From contig BFEA01000031.1 of assembly GCA_003427395.1 (NCBI GenBank), positions 1,570,138-1,634,137 of the forward strand: 64,000 bases of DNA, given 5' to 3'. Shown one piece after another: positions 49,727 through 62,549 of this stretch (position 1 is the stretch's first letter; every line of letters begins with the position of its first letter). The DNA comes from Chara braunii. Its lineage: Eukaryota > Plantae > Charophyceae. A program made the position numbers and the translations under genes. The notes beneath the pieces are model-generated. The model searched no databases. It saw nothing but the letters and a program-made list of their open reading frames with translations, and was not told the origin of the DNA.

Positions 49727-52585
49727 GAAAATTAGGCAGAGGTAGACCACGTGTGGGTGCATGACATTCAGTACGAGTGAAGCGCGAAAGCGGAGTGGAG
49801 TAGCATGCCATGCTTTACATCATCTATACATCTGGCACGATAGATATGATTCTTTTGAGCACACTTCAATCGCATTTGTGGTGTGTATATATAGTATGTG
49901 CAACATATGAGCGAAGGAGTTATACCAATTGAGGGTTGGTCTACGCGGGAGCTTCACGTATGAGGCTGCTGTTAACGTCAACAATATTGCCCCTACATTA
50001 CCCCCAGTCATCGAAACTCAGCTTTAACGAGCAAAGGGTGAGGTGAACTCACGAGAGAGGAAAAGGGTGGGAATGCATAGAGAGCTTGAGAGAGGTAAGA
50101 CTTCGAGTGAACACACTATGTGTGAGAGGTTGTGGTTGACAACGTAGGCTTGTGCTCCCTGCTGGCTCCAATCGTATTCACAGAGTTTCGCACTGCGCAT
50201 CTTTCACCATCGTCAGAAAGACAAGTGTCATGTTGTCTTCATCATCTTCGATGTGTAGGTGTAGGAGGCAGGGTGAGAGAGGGAAAAAAGTCAGGGCCTC
50301 GGAGGACCATAGTCATGCGGGGGAGAGTTGATAATACCAATGTCGGTACGAATGCACCAGGATCAAAGAGGCTTCTTCGTCGTCAGCCGTTTGTTTGTTG
50401 GGTGTGCCATAGAGGACACTTGTTTGGTCGCGTTTTGATCATTTCTTACTAGAACCGCCATAGCGGGTGGTTGTTTTGCAATATTGCACTTTCTGATGGT
50501 TTCATCATCTACATCACATTCTACGCCATTTTCTCCATCGCCACTGAAGTGCTGCTTTAGTTATCACAAGTGAGCTTCAAATTGCCACCATCATTTACAA
50601 GCTTCATGCTAAGTTGGCCGCAGTCTGAGCGTGGATGAAAGCAACTCCGAGAGGGTACTCTCGCTAATGGGAGAAGGTTTTTAACTTTTGGGAAAACGTG
50701 GTTGACACATGGGTAAAAACAGTTGTCGTCACTGAGCATGATCTGGTTTTCCTGCACTAATCTCTGAAGCCACTATCAAGTGTGATTTGGCTATCTTTGC
50801 GTTGACCTTTGATACCGTCATCGGAAGTGAGTTGAACGTCTTCACGCTAGTCTTCGAAGTTGCCTCTTCTATGTTAGTTCTTGAGGCTATTGCGAAGGGA
50901 GACTCTGCTTCTCCTTATGAAGGCCGCTTTTCACTTTACAAACATAAGCAAGTTCATTAGTGAACCAGTTACAAATACTCATACAAATTAGCACATCGAG
51001 TATGACAAATTATGTATATACTTTTTAACATGCCATGATTTGTGAATGTGTCATGCACGCCTTGACAACTGTGACACACATCCTTACGTTTTTCTGATAT
51101 TGCAACCACGAGCTTTTTCAAATCTTCACGTATGCTTGTAACTTTTATTTATACCGACGTTGACCAGTAACCAGGACGGGTTTTATGCGTATCTCAAGTT
51201 CCCCTCTAATACTGCAGAAATATCTCATTGCACCTTAGTAAATTGTAAGCAAACCCTTGATATTTTATGATATGACAGACATGTCCCCCTGCTTAATGAC
51301 AAATTGCAAAGTTACCCCTGGTGGTCCAAGAAATTTCAGGCATAACTCTAGATTTTCTTGAAACGAATTTCAATAATATTTCTACATTCGGAACCATGAA
51401 GTTAAATGTGGACAATTCCTCGCATTTTAATAACGAGTCTAAGTGTGAGCGAAACTTAGGTTCATAACTTCTGTTGAGTGCAAACAAACTCTAAAGACCA
51501 TGTCATTTCACTAAATGAGAATGATACAAATAGACATAAATCTTAAAATTCTTCCATTGAGTGCGAGCAGACACCCTGTTTCAAAGTTGCTAAGAGTGCT
51601 AACAGTCCTCATACCGAGAAACTTCACAATTTAGACCTAGTACTCTAAACCTCCGCACTCTTGGACAAATGGAATTCATAGTGCGCTTTAATTGCTCTAG
51701 TGCTTTGAATTATGACACCATACATCAGCTCAAACAAGTTTCGTATGACAACTAAAATCTAGTGGAACTTAGTTCACTAAGCGAACTCTTCATAAGCGAC
51801 AGTGAAGACAACTTTCAGTAGGTTGTGCAGTCAAACATCTTGATCGATGTCCAATAACACTCCACTACCTATTCAGACAACTCTTTGGCATACTGTTTTT
51901 TAACAACCCATCCTAAGAGGGCATGATTGATAATATCAGCAGTTTTCACAAAAAAAGTCAACTCTATTTTTCTTTACAACATTTTGCATTTGTTATAGCA
52001 ACACTCAACAGTTCATCTGAGTTGAGTTTGGTTGTCTACTAAAATTTATCAACAGCAGCTTTATTATTATTATAATTATAATAATAATAATAATAATAAT
52101 AATTATTATTATTAATCTTAATTGTATTTATTATCAATTCGGATCATTGCATAGTAGTTATTTAGGTTGGTCCCCTCCAGGGCTAAGAAACGACCTATAG
52201 CAGGTTGTTAAGGCAACTTTTGACAAACTTTGTTTCGCAAGCTACCTAAACAGCATCAGCAGTGTGCTAATCAGTACATAAGAGTTAGTTGTTATCACCC
52301 AATGAGGTTTTAACGGTCTGTTTAGGCGGTACTCAAGGGATTTAAGCCAGTCTTTAACAAACGATCCAATAGATGGTCCTCAACAGATTGTTTGAGATTA
52401 TCTCAACGGTAACAAAATTGAAGCTTAGCAAATTCCTAGTTACTGTTCAGATCAATCTACAGTGCACTGTCAATCTTATTCTCATGTTGTAAACGAATTG
52501 AGGAAACCTATCAAGTCGCAAGTTGTCCCCTCTCCTTCTTCTTGCATCTTGTCAAGCTCCAAACTCTTTGAGTGGGCAGAGGATC

Positions 52586-52831
52586 ATGAGGGACGGTGAG
52601 GTCTTAGTTGTGAAATGCAAGATCATCAAGGACAAATATGAAGGTTGGAAAATGAAGACTGATCAAGATATGGAGTTTCATAAATTGGTCTTGAGAGAGC
52701 GTGCAGTTCGGAGGATTGGGGAGAAACAATGTATTGAGTATGTTTTTTTATTTCTACGATCATACCGACAATCTACACAATACTGGATTCTTTTTTAGAC
52801 CATTGAGCAAGCCAGGGCGAGGCTTAGGTGA
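52586..52831 (+). pseudogene. Family A ORF-B, frameshifted
   Basis: MRDGEVLVV...DQDMEFHKLVLRERAV...CIEYVF, then TIEQARARL after a frameshift. Confidence 0.65.
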
Positions 52832-53112
52832 AAAAAACTAATTTTTCTCAAAGACATCATCAAGATTTATCAGTAAATCAATCAACAAATGTTTTCTATC
52901 ATTTTATAACTTTTCTCAGCACCAAGCGGTCAATGACTTGCAATCTGTGGCCAATTGCTCGGCAACTTCCAATCATCAGAGATATCATCAGTAACTACCA
53001 ATCATAGTTGATTAATTCAGTTTTCTTTAGTCAGTGTCACTAAGTCGACACTTGTCTTGATCTCATTCAAATCATAATTCCTCAACATGCCAATTTCCAA
53101 CAATTTTTATGC

Positions 53113-53757
53113 ATGAATACTATCACATCTTTCCCAGTTCATCAAACTGTCCTGACCAGTCTCAACAAGATAGCTTCCAAGGATGCTTTCCAATATCGGT
53201 ATGTGAGTGCAGTTGACTTCATACAATGAGATTTGTTAATCTTCGTGGTCGTCACTGAGTTTGCAGAGGGAACTATCCAAGATCTGAGGATCTATGTGAA
53301 GAAACTGAAGGAGACTCATGAATATTTCGATACAGTATAAGTTACAGTGAGTCAATAGAGGAGAGAGCACGAGTGCTTCAAGGGGATGCAAAGTTGATTT
53401 ATAGCTTTGGTCATAAGTTATACACTGACTACCCTAAGCCTCTGGTCCCTTTTTACCTCATTGATGGTTCTTACTAAGGTGATCTGGTTGATTTGGCCAA
53501 GAGGTACGTCTCACCAGCAGAGTTTGACTATGAGGCAGTGACTGAACCATCAGAGTTTTGACATCTCAGGCGAGAGGTCTTCTCTAGGCCCTATCGTCCT
53601 ATTCTGCAGGATTAGTTATGTAATATGTTTGACTTTCAAATCTTTGGGCTTGGATTGTCATATTCGAAATTCATGGACTTTAGGTGACTCTGTATCACTA
53701 GACTACAATCTGAGGGGGTACCTAAACCGTGCTAAATGTGGCTCAAGACGCTCGAGA
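53113..53757 (+). pseudogene. Family A ORF-C, multiple stops
   Basis: MNTITSFPVHQTVLTSLNKIASKDAFQYRYVSAVDFIQ*DL... is collinear with 4818-5456. Confidence 0.8.
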
Positions 53758-55729
53758 CGAACAACCAAGAGTGAAATTAAGGTGAATTGAAAAAAAAATT
53801 AACAATGTAGTTGAGGATTACGTCTCACAGCATACTACATCGTTCAACATAGTTTCACCATACCTGGTATGGATTCCACCATACTACAAACGTTCTACTT
53901 GAATACTGCTCAGTCTGCTGGAGAGCGCACACTCTCTCTTTCTATTTATCCCCCAGTAGCAGTCTCATCGTCCTCTCGGAACGAAAAAAGAACTGGTACC
54001 AATTCCGAAAAAAATAATAATATTAATAATTGCAACAAAAGCACAATAGTTCGAAGAAAGTTCAAAAAGACTAAAAAAAGCAAAAGAAAGTTACGGAAAG
54101 CATTGATAAGGGATGTATGAGGACTCTCGACGAGTATTGGCCATGTATTTTCATCTGTATTTCTTGGGATTATGACGAGTTATCACCATCCCTCATTCAT
54201 TTTGTCTTTGGCTTGAGTCAATCAGTCCTGATTCGTTTCATTGAAATTAATCAAGTCGGGGACCAACGTAGATCATAATTGAAGGGTCTCACTCGAAGCC
54301 GGATGCACACAATAAGAAGGGATTTGCATTATTCATTATTTATTTATTGCAAAAATCATAAAAAAACATGTGTAACAGCCTGTTTTCTTTCCGATCGTCA
54401 TAAGTGGTCTGCCCATAGAAAAAATGCGACAACAAGTTTATAAGGGAGTGTAGGGCAGCAAAGTGGACACCCCCCCAGATGAAGGGAAGGACAACGATGA
54501 AAACGAACATGGCGGTGACTCCGGTGAGTAGGAAAAATGCGAAGTTTTCGTATGATTTGAGGCATCAACAACAAAGGAAGTCAAACCATCAGTTGACAAA
54601 GAAGAGGTAGGGAGTGCATTACTAGGGAATGCAAGAGAAAATAAAGAGCATAGGACCAAAGGAGTTGGTGGTTGCAGAGAATGAGGAGGCAGTGTGACAT
54701 GAGTAAAAAGATCCCAGTGGGTAAAAAGTGACGGGTGCAAAGGTGTTAGAGGCAGGAGAGATGAGGCAGGTAGGAGGGAAAAAACTAACGAAAGTAGTAG
54801 AAGCGAGGTAGGCAGGAGCACAGGGGGTAAAGAAAACAGGGAATGTGAATGGGATTCAGGAGGGAGGCACGAAGTCTGGGGTTGTGTGAGCAGTGTAACA
54901 CATTAATCAAACCAAAATCAGATAACGCCAGTTAGGAAGTTTAAGTATTTTCGCGCGGACAATTACAATTGTTTAGAGACTAAAACAAAATACCCAATAA
55001 TTGACTTGATATCTTATGATCATATGATTTTTTAATATCTTCGCCTGGACTATTACACATGTTGAAGCACTGAGAAAAAACCCACTAATTCACGCGAAAT
55101 CTTGTGTTCATATGATATTTTAGAAAGAAGATAATTGAAGAAGTATGTTATGTACAAATTCTATTTTGGATATTTTATTCCTATACACTCCTAAAAAAAT
55201 CAGCGGTCCTCGCATAATGCCCCCGCCGGGCCCACAAAAAATCGTTGCACATGAAACCGTCCGGGTGCGGCCGCATTGTCGACGTGCACAAGTTTTTTCG
55301 GCGTCATGGGACCGTTTGATTTTGTCGCCTCTTTGTGGGGGTTCGGTGTGTTTCGTTTGGTTGTTCTCCTTTCTTTTTTTTGTGCAGTGTGGCGGGTGGA
55401 CGCGATGCAAATGTTCAAATACAAGTTCATAACATAAGCCGTTCGGGTGAGCATACACATGGTACATGGCCTTGCTCCATCCCTAGCGGTGTATCTTTCC
55501 ATGGTCTAGGGGAAAATTCATTCTCATGTTTCTTTAATATTGTTTCCTGTCCTGTTTTTCCTTTTTTTTTCATAAAAAATAAAGCACAAATGACAAAGAT
55601 ATGGCGGTGTATCTTTCAATGTTCTACCAAAAGATTCATTCCCATTTTGCACGTGCTGTTGCATGATCATGAAAGGCAAGGGGGACTTGACGAATCACAA
55701 TCGTCAAAGAGAGGATGTGACGTGTGATG

Positions 55730-56878
55730 CAGTGGTGGCGGGAAGAGGAGGGTAGAAACCAGGAAAAGCGCCAGGAGGAGGAGCGGGAGGAAGGGGGGGA
55801 CAGAAATCAGGAGCGCGAAGAGCGGGAGGGGGACCAGGGGCAGTTATGAGGAGCGCGGTGTCGGAGGGGCGGTGTCCCGGCCCGCCTTTGTGTACCAGGT
55901 CCTCGCTCAGTGCCACTTGTCCCGGCTTACTGCTCCCTAGGCTCATCTCGTGCCGTAGGTCTGGTACCTGGATTGTTCTTGGTGTGGACTGGTCCTGTCG
56001 GTGCATGTCCTTAGCAAAAAGAGTGCGCCACAGGGCTTTCCATTGGTCCACGCAGGCTCGGCGCCCTGCTGTACTGCAGAGCACAACCGGCCTGTGGCCG
56101 TGATAGCCGCCGGGTTCGCCCTAGGACGCGGAGGTGAGAAGACTAACTCAATATTTTCGACTGCGTACCAAGCGCCCCTCTGCAGAGTTATGGGTTAGGT
56201 GCACGAAAGACAGGTAGTTGTTAGGAAGGAAAGAAAACGGAGTAAAGGATGAGCACGAAAATGAAATTAAAAAGAGAAAAGAGAATGGAACGCCTGATCG
56301 GTACACGGATCAAGGTCGTTGCCTTAGTCTGGAGTAATCCGGCAATAGCTGTCCGCCTACTATTATTACTGTTATTATTAATTTGCCTATTTTCGGAGGC
56401 AAGTTCACTTTCGGCCCTCGTCACCTCGTAGGGAGGCCAACTATTTGGGTTTCGAGTTCAGGTGGTGGTATTGCGGCCTAGGCAAGCCTGACCCTTCGAA
56501 TATCACCTGTACTAGGCCCGTGCATCTAAGCCTCGCGCGGTAGGACCTAGCTATATTGGAGACCAGGTATAGTGGGATCTGCATGGACTTGTACTGCTAT
56601 TCAGGCGGAGTTGTTGCACGGAGAAAAATTGAATCGCCACCCTTTTCTTCTTATTGTTATTATTTTTATTATCATTATTATTATTATTATTACTCTACCG
56701 GTTTTGGACGCGGCTTCCCTTTTCGTTTTCTGTCACTTCGCGGGAAAATCAACAGCCCTAATCTTGGGCTGTGGTCCACGGCCTACGTTGGCCGACCCCA
56801 AGTATCTCGTCTCAGATCGAGCTCCGATTGAGCGCCGTGCGATGATGCCTCAAAAGAGAGGGCGACCCGCGGCCGCAT
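55730..56878 (+). mobile_element. Family A internal segment preceding copy 3 (left limit approximate)
   Basis: Homology to 42300-43825. Purine tract AAAAGAGAGGG at 56852-56862. Confidence 0.55.
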
Positions 56879-57479
56879 TGGTAGGAGGCCTATCACCCCC
56901 CCATGGAGGGTCATAAGCCCCCTCCTTACCATCAGACACGGGTACCCAATGAGGTTAGGTCTGTGCTGCATTTTAAGAAGGTAGGGTGTGGTCTCCTGTA
57001 TCTCGTTATGGGACTGCAGTGCCGAATCGCCTGTCTTATCGCGAGGATCTGAGACTGACAAGCGCAAGGCAGGTTCATGATCGACCGTTGGGTTTCAGGC
57101 TCGAGTATTATTTTCTGAAAATTATTTAGCTCTAGTTTATCGCCTCATTTTATTTATTGCTTTATTTTAGAACTTTTTCTTTTTTTTCTTGAATCTGGTA
57201 AGACCTGAAAAGGACTAGTCGAAATACCTCATTCAAAACGTAGGGAGGCAAGCTTATAAAAGGAAGAGGGAGTCAGAATGTCGTCCGCGGCCAGCAGCCT
57301 GGTCGCACGTAGTCTGTACCGCAGGCTCCGGTGGAGAGAGGCGTGCTATTGGGAGTTGGTGACTTTGTGCTGCACTATTTACCGAATAGACGCTGGTTAT
57401 TGAGAAAGAGCGGCTATGGTGTTGCACGGCTATAGACCTGGTTACTGGTATCACCTATCACCAGGCCCGGTGGAAACCC

Positions 57480-57947
57480 ATGTTTGGGGAAGGGCCCTGG
57501 ATCACTGTCATGCTCAGTTACGATGGGGGTGATGAAGTGAGGATGAAGATTAACGTGGAAGGGGCTAAAGAGGTGGAGATGAGGACTGATGGAAAACTGC
57601 AGGATGCGATCACGGAGGCAAAAGACCGTGCGGAGAGGCGCTGCAGGAGGGACGGGGTGACTGCAAGGCTGCAGGTAACGGTCTCGTATCATGAGACCAA
57701 GACCTCAATGGGCACAGCGGACCTGGAACAGGCCCACGTGGACAGGGACTCAGGTGGGGAAAGTGAAATGAGCGAAGCGGGAGACCGGGAAACGGACCTC
57801 AGATCCTGGAATAGACCAAGCGAGATCCAGAGGCACCACCGAGTTGTGAAGCCGGTGGAAGAGGGACCCGAGGCCAGCTCTCGACAGCTGACACCCAGAG
57901 GCCGTGGGACAGAAGAAAAGCAGAACAGGGGGAAAAGGCGCGTGTGA
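57480..57947 (+). CDS. Family A ORF-A (155 aa), unknown function
   Basis: Open ORF homologous to 49237-49726. The true start may lie upstream in another frame. Confidence 0.6.
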   Translation: MFGEGPWITVMLSYDGGDEVRMKINVEGAKEVEMRTDGKLQDAITEAKDRAERRCRRDGVTARLQVTVSYHETKTSMGTADLEQAHVDRDSGGESEMSEAGDRETDLRSWNRPSEIQRHHRVVKPVEEGPEASSRQLTPRGRGTEEKQNRGKRRV

Positions 57948-59316
57948 TGCGAGTTCAATATAGCGGAGAGGCTGAGGCGAGGACGGGGGGCTCGCGGTAC
58001 ACACGACATGTGTCGTGCGAGAGAGAGAGAGAGGGAGAGAGAAGGTCAATGCGTGAAAAGGGAAGAGAGGTGGTTGGCGTCAACACATCAGGCTATGCAC
58101 AAGAATGAGGAGTGAGCTTACCGCGTTTCGCTAGGGAGGTAGCCTTGGATCGAACAGGGCATAAAACTGTGGCCTGAGTACTCAGCCAACGCGTGGCACG
58201 CTCGTGTGGGAGGGAAGAAGTATGGGCAAGGTGCACGAGTGATTAGGGAGCGAGAGAAGAGGAAGCGCTCTCGAAATGCATGACGAGCAGGCAAACTACG
58301 GGTCTTCGGGCTATGACGAAGAGGCTAGTGAGTCGTCAAGCGAAGTTTGGGCTCTTATCTCCAAGAATCCGGTTGCGAGTTTCTGACTGAAGCCTGAGCA
58401 GTTTTTCGCGCACTGTTTGCTTCCTCCTGACTCTCTCGCGTTGCCAAGAGTATGTGAGAGAACTACGGTTGATGTGCCTTGGCTGTTTAACTGGCGAGAA
58501 TAACATTGGTCACATGCCACGTTGGGTATGGAAACAACAAAGTCTAATGTGGTGATTCACTCGAGTACCGACAAGAGCATTATTCGTGCAGCCGCGCAGA
58601 GAAAAGATGTGAGGAAGGGTTTGCGTGTATGCTCTAGTTTTGTCAAGTAGACAAAGGCCATTACTACTGCTTCTTTGATGAGTAAACCGTTGGAGAAACC
58701 AACGTGCGCGCTTCATACGGCGTATGCGGGCCCAACGTCAGAAAGGGGGTTATGAATTGAGCTAGATCTGCGAGGAAGAGGGCCTCGCTTACCCGTTGGC
58801 AGGCACTGATGACTACCACACCGTCATCCTCATGTGATCTTCAGCCTGAGAAGGGGGTGGCAACCAAGAGTCATCCGTGTGTTTTCTCTATAACTGTCTC
58901 GGCCAAGACTTCAGATAAGATGTTGACTCTTGCGGGACACAATTTCCTTTCAGCTTTCACTAATTTTAGTCTCCCTCGTAATTCAGGTAATCAGTGCAAC
59001 TGATCATTATAACAACGATTCAAACATACCTGTGACTGAAGTGATTCAACGTAAGGGAGGTAGGTTCGAGACGTTAGTGAGTTTGAGATTGAGTATTTCT
59101 GTTTTTTTTTGCATGACCAGGTGCTGTCGGGTTTGGTGTGTCGTTTATACTGAGTGGGATAAGTGACCTCTTGGCAAGATTAAAGAGAAGTGTTGCCTCT
59201 GTAATCAAGAGCTTAAGCGCCGCAAAGTGGAGTTTACAAATACATAAAGGACTCAGACCCTTTTTCCGTCCCCTTTCATCTGCGTGTGACAGCACAGTGT
59301 TGATTGTATTGAGTGG

Positions 59317-59537
59317 CATTGCTGCGTGATTACACTGTGTGACTACGCAGTGCGATCGCATAGTGTGACCGCACTACGCGGCTGTACTGTGTAACTACAT
59401 TGCTGCATGATTACACTGAATGACTAAGCCATGCGATCACGTAGTGTGACTACACTACGGGGCTATACTGTGAAATTACATTGCTGCGTAATTGCACTGT
59501 ACGACTCTGCCATGCGATCACATAGTATGACTGCAAT
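59317..59537. repeat. 81-bp tandem repeat, about 2.7 units
   Basis: CATTGCTGC unit starts at 59317, 59398 and 59479. Confidence 0.9.
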
Positions 59538-60953
59538 GTGTTGCTATTGCATGAGTGTATGGCAGTCAGGGTTTATACGTGTGCGTTTAATCGTGTACCT
59601 AATTGTGACTGTGTGAGTTTGCTAGTGATCAGAAAACAACTGAGCAAGTGAACATTTCACTAAGCTATTTCAATGGTCAACTGCAAGCTACCGTGAAGAA
59701 AAGTTGAAGATATCGAAATTATAGCCACCATGATCTTTTAGAGAATCAAAATGCAGACTGAGTAGCAAAGCTTAAAAGGAGGGACTGGTCTGTTTACACT
59801 GGTTTGTCATGCCCAGCCGAACCTTCGGTGAGTGGTAGAGTTCGTATTTAGAGAAAGTTCTCGCATGGGCAGGAGGCAACGCACGCTAAAGAGGATTATA
59901 TATATCCTTGTAAAGTATTTAATTGATGGGGACTAGCGAGGGTTAACTCAGCTTACTTGTGAGTAAGACCAACGAATAGTGGTCGAACCATCAGTATTGA
60001 GCATAATCTGAGCGGAGTCACTTAATAATTTGAACGCGACCATTTATCAGCAATTCCGTTGTGATGATCGGGCAGGTTAAGTTGTTGAGTTGGGTTCCCG
60101 ACTTGACTTAATCTGAACTTTTGTCATATCACCTCTGGAAACTTGAGAGGACAACCAAGCACGAACGTTCCTGGATCTAACCAGTCTCCCATTCACTGAC
60201 AAGTTACGTGCAAACTTATTGAAATAGCATGAGCATTGCCTATGAAGCGTTTTTATTTCATTCGTTGTGCCGGCTGATGCAGAAGAGGGGCCACAATGTT
60301 TAATGTTGCGTACGGATAGAAGTCACAATTGCCTTGCTCACCACTAAGTTAGTTGTAGTGCGGTTATACTGCTGTTGAGTCTGGCTCCACGCTGGGACTA
60401 AACTCGACTACCCAACGCTCAATTCGATTGGTCGTTGTGCCTCACCACACCTCGTTCAACTTAAACGTAATTCAGATCTGCACAGGAAAGAATGTGAGAA
60501 GCGTCTCATGCCATGCTGGTGAGAGACAAGATCACTGATTAAGCGATTCAGAATCCTCATGGAGCAGCAACTCATTTAGAGAGAGGAACGAAGTTAACTA
60601 CTTGATTTCCACAGTGACTGTCATTTTCTGAACTAGACCTGGAAGGTAGATTGATAGTTTAGAGCTACTGATCGAATTATCGATGAATACTCCTCCACCT
60701 TGTCAAACTTACTAGGCCTCTAAGTGTCAGAACCCAGCGAGACAGAGAATCATCTACCACCCCCCCATTTTTTTTTTTTTGACAGCAAGTTGCAACAAGG
60801 GAACTGAGTGAGCAAATGTTCCACGTTTAGCTCCTTCTTACGATGCTCTGGTCAGGGAACGAACTCGAGGTTTTCATCTGTTAATTGCTATCTCTGGCTT
60901 GGACTATTGGTTCCTGTGACCGGTGAGCCGGTGCGATAAACGTCAGCGGGAAA

Positions 60954-61205
60954 ATGGGGGATAGTGACACAGTGAGAGTAACTTGCTCGTTGCGCCAAAG
61001 CTTTGCAGGGGACTGGAGAGAGAATGCAGTGGAAAATTATAATCAACTGACAGTTATAATGATGGAACACGCACTGACCCTTGTGAGGAAACACACAAAA
61101 ATCGAGTACACGTACTACTTGCATGACGTTAATGGGAGGTTGTGTGCCACCATCTCATCTGTGGGCTCCGTTGAGAGGGCTAAAAGAGTTTGTGGCAACC
61201 AGTGA
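60954..61205 (+). CDS. Family A ORF-B paralogue 1 (83 aa)
   Basis: MGDSDTVRVTC...EHALTLVRKHTKIEYTYYLHDVNGRL...SVERA. Confidence 0.65.
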   Translation: MGDSDTVRVTCSLRQSFAGDWRENAVENYNQLTVIMMEHALTLVRKHTKIEYTYYLHDVNGRLCATISSVGSVERAKRVCGNQ

Positions 61206-61434
61206 GGTGAATAGGCCCACTATTTCTTGGGTAAATGAGCTTACCTCAAGGGGAACAAGGGAAGACCAGAAAAACAACACTCATTAAGCATGCAGCAGAT
61301 CAGAACTTGAATAACTGCAAATCTTTATAGCACAAGGACGACTAGTTGAATAGCAGTTAAGTGACAGAGTCAGACAGTTAGCAAACTTCACCAGTTTTCT
61401 CACCACTGTGAACCAATGCAGACGCAGTTGAGAC

Positions 61435-61689
61435 GTGGGTGATCTAGACACAGTGAGGATCTCTTGCGTTCTGCATCAAGGCCGCGCCAAAGAAGAATGG
61501 GAGAGGGAGAGAGTTATTGAGAATACCCACCGCAAGACGACTCTCACGAGAGAGTACGCCCTGGCGGTAATAGAAAATCAGACTAAGATCGAGTACTTTT
61601 ATCATTTCTACGGGGTTGATGAGAGACAACAAGCTATCTTCTCCATAATTGATTCAGTTGAAGAGGCCAGTAAAGCTAGTGGCCTTTAG
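61435..61689 (+). CDS. Family A ORF-B paralogue 2 (84 aa, GTG at the start position)
   Basis: GDLDTVRISC...EYALAVIENQTKIEYFYHFYGVDER...SVEEA. Confidence 0.6.
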   Translation: MGDLDTVRISCVLHQGRAKEEWERERVIENTHRKTTLTREYALAVIENQTKIEYFYHFYGVDERQQAIFSIIDSVEEASKASGL

Positions 61690-61892
61690 TGGAAGAGAAC
61701 TCAATATTCAATTCAGCATTCAGTCCAATATTCAGTTCAACTTTCAAATCAGCACCCAAATCAACACTCAGTTCAGTTCAGCGACTAAATCAGTAAATAG
61801 ATCAGCAATTCAGCAAGCAGTCCAACAATCAGTTCAGCATTTAAGTCAGCAAGTGAATCAGAGATAATCAACAGATATCAGACATCTTTGTC

Positions 61893-62549
61893 ATGAGTAC
61901 AGTGCAATCTGCTCCAGTCAGTGAGACAGTGCTGACTAATTTCAATCGGATCTCATGCAAGGAGGCTTTCCGTTATCAGTACGTCAATGTCATTGGTTTT
62001 GGACAAGGAGATCTGTCAATCTTCGTTGTCCGGACCAGTTTCGTTGATGGCACTATCCACGATCTGAGGCCTTACCTGAAGAAGGGCAAGGAGGCTCATG
62101 AGTATTTCGATCTAGTCTGAATCTCAGCCACCAAATACCTCGAGCAGAGAGAGAGGGAGCTCGATGAGAGTGGCACTACGCTGATCCGCAGCTTTGGGCC
62201 AAAGCTTTATACTGACTATCACAGACCTCCTGTTCCTTCCCTTCTCACTGATGGCATAGGATGGCATGACATGATCAGCTTGGCAAAGAGATATATCTCT
62301 CCAGCGGTGATCGACATTGAGGCACTGACAGAGCCAACCGAGTATCCATACCTCAGGCGAGTAGTCTTCTCCGTGGACGGGCTGCCTACTTTGTGGGAGG
62401 AGTTTTGCTCCATGGTTGACTTCCGTGTCATATACCTCGGATGGTAATGCTCATAGCTTGCTGGTTTCAGGTGGCTCTTTGTCACGAGGTCTCAATCTCA
62501 GATTGTACGTGGGTGTGGGTCACAACACCAGGGATGGTCAATGAAATGA
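61893..62549 (+). pseudogene. Family A ORF-C with premature stops
   Basis: MSTVQSAPVSETVLTNFNRISCKEAFRYQYV... A Trp-to-TGA change at 62118-62120 interrupts it, and homology continues in frame (SFGPKLYTDY, LAKRYISP). Confidence 0.8.

Larger units (their letters stand above)
48635..54431 (+). mobile_element. LTR-like unit family A, copy 2 (5797 bp, decayed)
   Basis: Starts TGGTAGGAAGCTTATCACCCCCCATGG and ends ...ATGCGACA. TATA near 49021. Contains ORF-A, ORF-B and ORF-C remnants. Confidence 0.75.

Noticed and set aside
56879-56892. TGGTAGGAGGCC as a tRNA primer-binding site
   Set aside because: I cannot match it to a tRNA 3' end, and at 48635 it abuts unrelated integrase DNA, which fits an element end better. 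Not fully excluded.
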